Shown piece by piece: positions 35,294-37,923 of a stretch of DNA of 37,923 nucleotides. Position numbers and translations under genes: made by a program. The stretch's first letter is position 1, and the number at the start of each line of letters is the position of its first letter. Source of the stretch: Candidatus Moranbacteria bacterium RIFCSPHIGHO2_01_FULL_54_31 (GTDB taxonomy: Bacteria; Patescibacteriota; Minisyncoccia; Moranbacterales; UBA1568). The DNA lies in the NCBI GenBank assembly GCA_001784695.1, contig MFRV01000002.1, positions 1 to 37,923 on the forward strand, read 5' to 3'. The notes beneath the pieces were generated by a model. The model was not told the origin of the DNA. It did not search any database and was given only the letters and a program-made list of their open reading frames with translations.

Positions 35294-35424
35294 ATGCAAA
35301 ATGTAAAAATAAAAATGAAAAATGACAATGTAAAATGTAAAAATAAAAAGAATTTTTTTTAAGATTCGCTCATTTTGAGCTTCTATCTGTTACTTTGCAT
35401 TTTGATATTTGATTTTTCCATTTT
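35294..35424. repeat. Inverted arrays of degenerate 7-nt AT-rich repeats
   Basis: ATGCAAA-ATGTAAA-AATAAAA-ATGAAAA...ATGTAAA versus TTTGCAT-TTTGATA-TTTGATT-TTTCCAT. Confidence 0.7.
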
Positions 35425-36333
35425 CTAGAGCCATTTCTTGCGCCTGAAAATCGTGATGGTGACGATAGAGAGCAGGACCATCAGTCCGGCGTGGATCCAG
35501 AAAGCGTTGGGACTCTGGCCGAACGGGATCTGGGCGCTCATCGCGAGCATATTGGAGTATACCGTCATCGGGAGCAGGACCGCCGAGAAGATCGTGAGCA
35601 CTTTCATCGTGAGATCGAGCTTGTTGGAGAGGAGGGAATTGTTTGTCGCTTCGAGCGCTTCGATAGTTTCCTTCTGGCTTTCGAGGAGGTTCCAGAGGCG
35701 GATGTTGGTGCCGATCAGATCCTGGAAATAGATCTTGGTTTCGAGCGGGATGAACGGGTGATCCTTCTGGATGATGGACTCGAGGATCGAGCGCTGGGGC
35801 TTCAGCGTGCGGCGGAAATTGAGGATGTCGCGCTTCAGGACCGATATCTCGAACACCATCTCCTTCTCTTTCTCCGCGAAGACCTGGGTCTCGATATAAT
35901 CCAGCTTCTGATTGATGTGATTCAGGCGCGGAAAACAGGAATTGAGGAGTATCTCGATGAGGCTGTAGAGGAGGTGCGCCGGTGTGGTCTCGAGAGAGAG
36001 CCGGCGCTTGCCCTCGCTTTTTTCCAGATCCTCGAGAAACTTGGTGAGCTGATAGATGCTCTGCCGATGGCTCGTGATGAGGTGGTTGCTCGTCAGGATG
36101 ATATCGAGTTCGCCCGGATACGTCGTCCGGTGTTCCACGTCGAAGAGGGGAATATGGATGGAAAGGAACAGGCAGTTGTCATACTGCACGACCTTGGGCT
36201 GATAGGTGGGCGTGACGAGCTCCTCTATCGCGAGCGGATGGATATTGAAATTCTCCTGCAGATAGGTGATATCATCGCTCCCAGGATTCTCAAAATCGAT
36301 CCACGTTATCTGTTTGTGTTTGATTATTTTCAT
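35425..36333 (-). CDS. corA: CorA family Mg2+/Co2+ transporter
   Basis: ITWIDFENP, FNIHPLAIEE, MKVLTIFSAVLLP, two C-terminal TMs; GMN replaced by AMS; start taken at MKIIKH. Confidence 0.85.
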   Translation of the reverse strand: MKIIKHKQITWIDFENPGSDDITYLQENFNIHPLAIEELVTPTYQPKVVQYDNCLFLSIHIPLFDVEHRTTYPGELDIILTSNHLITSHRQSIYQLTKFLEDLEKSEGKRRLSLETTPAHLLYSLIEILLNSCFPRLNHINQKLDYIETQVFAEKEKEMVFEISVLKRDILNFRRTLKPQRSILESIIQKDHPFIPLETKIYFQDLIGTNIRLWNLLESQKETIEALEATNNSLLSNKLDLTMKVLTIFSAVLLPMTVYSNMLAMSAQIPFGQSPNAFWIHAGLMVLLSIVTITIFRRKKWL

Positions 36334-36447
36334 TTTTCTGCAAGCGTGAAAAACAGCTTTGGGCTGAACGCCGCCTTTTTTGTTTACTCTTCTCAGATTA
36401 TAACATAAAAACATTGACAAAAACAGCAGAAAATGGACAATAGTCAT

Positions 36448-36684
36448 ATGCTTAAGCGGTTCATACTTGGCAGCATACGCCTTTACCAGAAAACCCTCTC
36501 CTTCGAGCACGGGTTCATCGGTATGCTGTTCGGAGAGCGTTTCTGCCGGTTTCATCCAACCTGCAGTATGTATACCTACGCTGCCATAGAGAAGTACGGC
36601 GTCGTGCGGGGCGGCATCCTCGGGATGAAGAGGATACTCCGCTGCCATCCGTGGAATGACGGAGGCTACGATCCCGTACCATAA
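36448..36684 (+). CDS. yidD: Membrane protein insertion efficiency factor YidD
   Basis: [10 protein letters not shown]...[17 protein letters not shown]. Confidence 0.93.
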   Translation: MLKRFILGSIRLYQKTLSFEHGFIGMLFGERFCRFHPTCSMYTYAAIEKYGVVRGGILGMKRILRCHPWNDGGYDPVP

Positions 36685-36722
36685 TGGTTTTTTGACAATT
36701 TTTTCGAGAAAGGAGAATTCGC

Positions 36723-36983
36723 GTGAATCGGAAAATGATGCTAGGAAGGTCTTTCGGTGGTGCTCTCGCCCTCGCGCTGAGCCGCTGTTCTTCTCTACAT
36801 TTGGTTGCGGCACCTATGGATGTATCTCCGAATATACCGATGCATGTATTGGAAATTTGTGACGTGCGATCCGCATCCGATATACCCGCTGACAAAGGAC
36901 GTGGGCGGAATCAAAAAAATAGATGGCAACCTCGTTTGATACGCGGCTACCTGACCCGTAGGAATGGTTTTCGCGGCAAGTGA
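36723..36983 (+). CDS. 86-aa orphan with a basic C-terminus
   Basis: SD AAAGGAG 8 nt before GTG; signal-peptide-like N-terminus. Confidence 0.5.
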   Translation: MNRKMMLGRSFGGALALALSRCSSLHLVAAPMDVSPNIPMHVLEICDVRSASDIPADKGRGRNQKNRWQPRLIRGYLTRRNGFRGK

Positions 36984-37071
36984 TGCACACCCGCACCTCC
37001 ATTTGACAAGAACCCCAGAGAATCGCATTTCTCTCTGGTTTTTATTTTGTTTAAGCCATTTTCCCATATCT

Positions 37072-37112
37072 TTAGCACTCCTATTGACAGAGTGCCAATT
37101 CATTTTTATAAT
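37072..37112 (+). promoter_or_regulatory. CIRCE operator overlapping a consensus sigma70 promoter
   Basis: TTAGCACTC-N9-GAGTGCCAA (37072-37098); TTGACA (37084-37089) lies inside the spacer, 17 nt from TATAAT (37107-37112). Confidence 0.93.
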
Positions 37113-37147
37113 GCTTATATATCACTTTATGCGTGCAGTCATTGCCT

Positions 37148-37900
37148 ATGAATAATCGCCAGAAACAAGTCCTCTCCACTATCGTCAAGCTTTACACCGA
37201 GACGGCGCTGCCGGTCGGTTCGCAGGCGCTCCTCAAATACTCCGATTTCGGCGTGAGCGCGGCGACGCTGCGGAGCGATATGGTGACGCTTGAAGAAGAG
37301 GGCTATCTCTATCAGCCGCACGTGAGCGCCGGGCGCATCCCGACGGATGCCGGGTACCGCATCTATGTGCAGGAGATGATGGGCGAAGAGACCCTCTCGC
37401 GCCGTGATCAGGAACATCTCCAGAAAGAACTCCTGATGCTTCGCGCCAAACACACGCGCCTCGGCCGAACCACTGCCAAACTCCTCTCGGCGCTCTCCGG
37501 CAATCTCGTCGTGTCCGGCCTCATCGACAAGGATGAATTCTATGACTTCGGGATGAAAGAGCTGATCGAACAGCCGGAGTTTCAGGAAATCGATGAATTG
37601 TGCCGCCTCGTGGAAACCCTCGATTCGCTGGATGAGAAGCTGGAAGGCGTGATGCTCCAGCTGAAAGACGGGGAGACGCGCATCTTCATCGGCAAGGAAA
37701 ACCCCATCTCAGGCATTGACAACTGCTCGATGATCGTCGCGCCCTATCAGACGAGCGAAGGTCGGGGAGTGCTCGCCATCATCGGTCCCAAGCGGATGGA
37801 GTATGCCAAGAACAAATCCCTCATCGAGTATATGCGCAAGCTCCTCAATTCCTCTCTGATACTCCTCGTGACGGGCAACGTAATCTATCTGATCAAATAA
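37148..37900 (+). CDS. hrcA: Heat-inducible transcription repressor HrcA (short form)
   Basis: PVGS, SAATLRSDMVTLEEEGYLYQPHVSAGRIPTDAGYRIYV, IIGPKRMEY; CIRCE upstream. Confidence 0.95.
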   Translation: MNNRQKQVLSTIVKLYTETALPVGSQALLKYSDFGVSAATLRSDMVTLEEEGYLYQPHVSAGRIPTDAGYRIYVQEMMGEETLSRRDQEHLQKELLMLRAKHTRLGRTTAKLLSALSGNLVVSGLIDKDEFYDFGMKELIEQPEFQEIDELCRLVETLDSLDEKLEGVMLQLKDGETRIFIGKENPISGIDNCSMIVAPYQTSEGRGVLAIIGPKRMEYAKNKSLIEYMRKLLNSSLILLVTGNVIYLIK

Positions 37901-37923
37901 AAATATGAAAGATATGAAAGAAA

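Noticed and set aside
894-35306. Many long antisense/alternative-frame ORFs (e.g. 5953-7809, 12970-14592, 21286-22788, 24802-26097, 33918-35306)
   Set aside because: Shadows of well-identified GC3-rich genes on the opposite strand; no motifs or start signals
36334-36813. 160-aa N-terminal extension of CorA in the ORF track
   Set aside because: Overlaps yidD on the other strand; CorA similarity starts at MKIIKH (36333)
37905-37923. Start of the next gene (grpE expected after hrcA)
   Set aside because: Only six codons visible; identity cannot be supported

Overview
This window is housekeeping DNA from a bacterium using the standard genetic code. Gene content and style point to a Patescibacteria/CPR (Parcubacteria-like) organism; that assignment is inferred from the short AlaRS and HrcA, SD-less leaders and a stand-alone ftsA-like gene. 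Main blocks: ftsW(partial)-murG-murC-murB; raiA/hpf; secA; an accessory patch around tRNA-Ala(CGC) (DUF1653, a Nudix gene with an internal TAG, orphans, DUF2238, an alpha/beta hydrolase); rplI; pyrG; rpmA; MFS; scpA-scpB-dacA-mraY-pgk-eno-pfkB; ftsA-like plus a baseplate-J-like membrane protein; alaS; rplU; recR-dnaB; cysS; corA; yidD; and CIRCE-hrcA. The strongest unexplained signal is a ~150-nt multi-stem element present in four intergenic copies (5668-5821, 15253-15403, 15431-15583 inverted, 31744-31889). Its stems differ in sequence but keep their pairing, while the unpaired motifs (CCAGC loop region, MACCRTGC bulge) are conserved. Also notable: a ~160-nt promoter-to-terminator candidate sRNA rich in anti-SD motifs (9265-9426, minus strand), an unannotated 59-aa LIM-like zinc-finger microprotein with its own promoter, SD and terminator (4649-4828), orphan ORFs carrying strong SD sites in an otherwise SD-less genome, and inverted heptamer-repeat spacers. 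All product calls come from motif recognition, not database searches.
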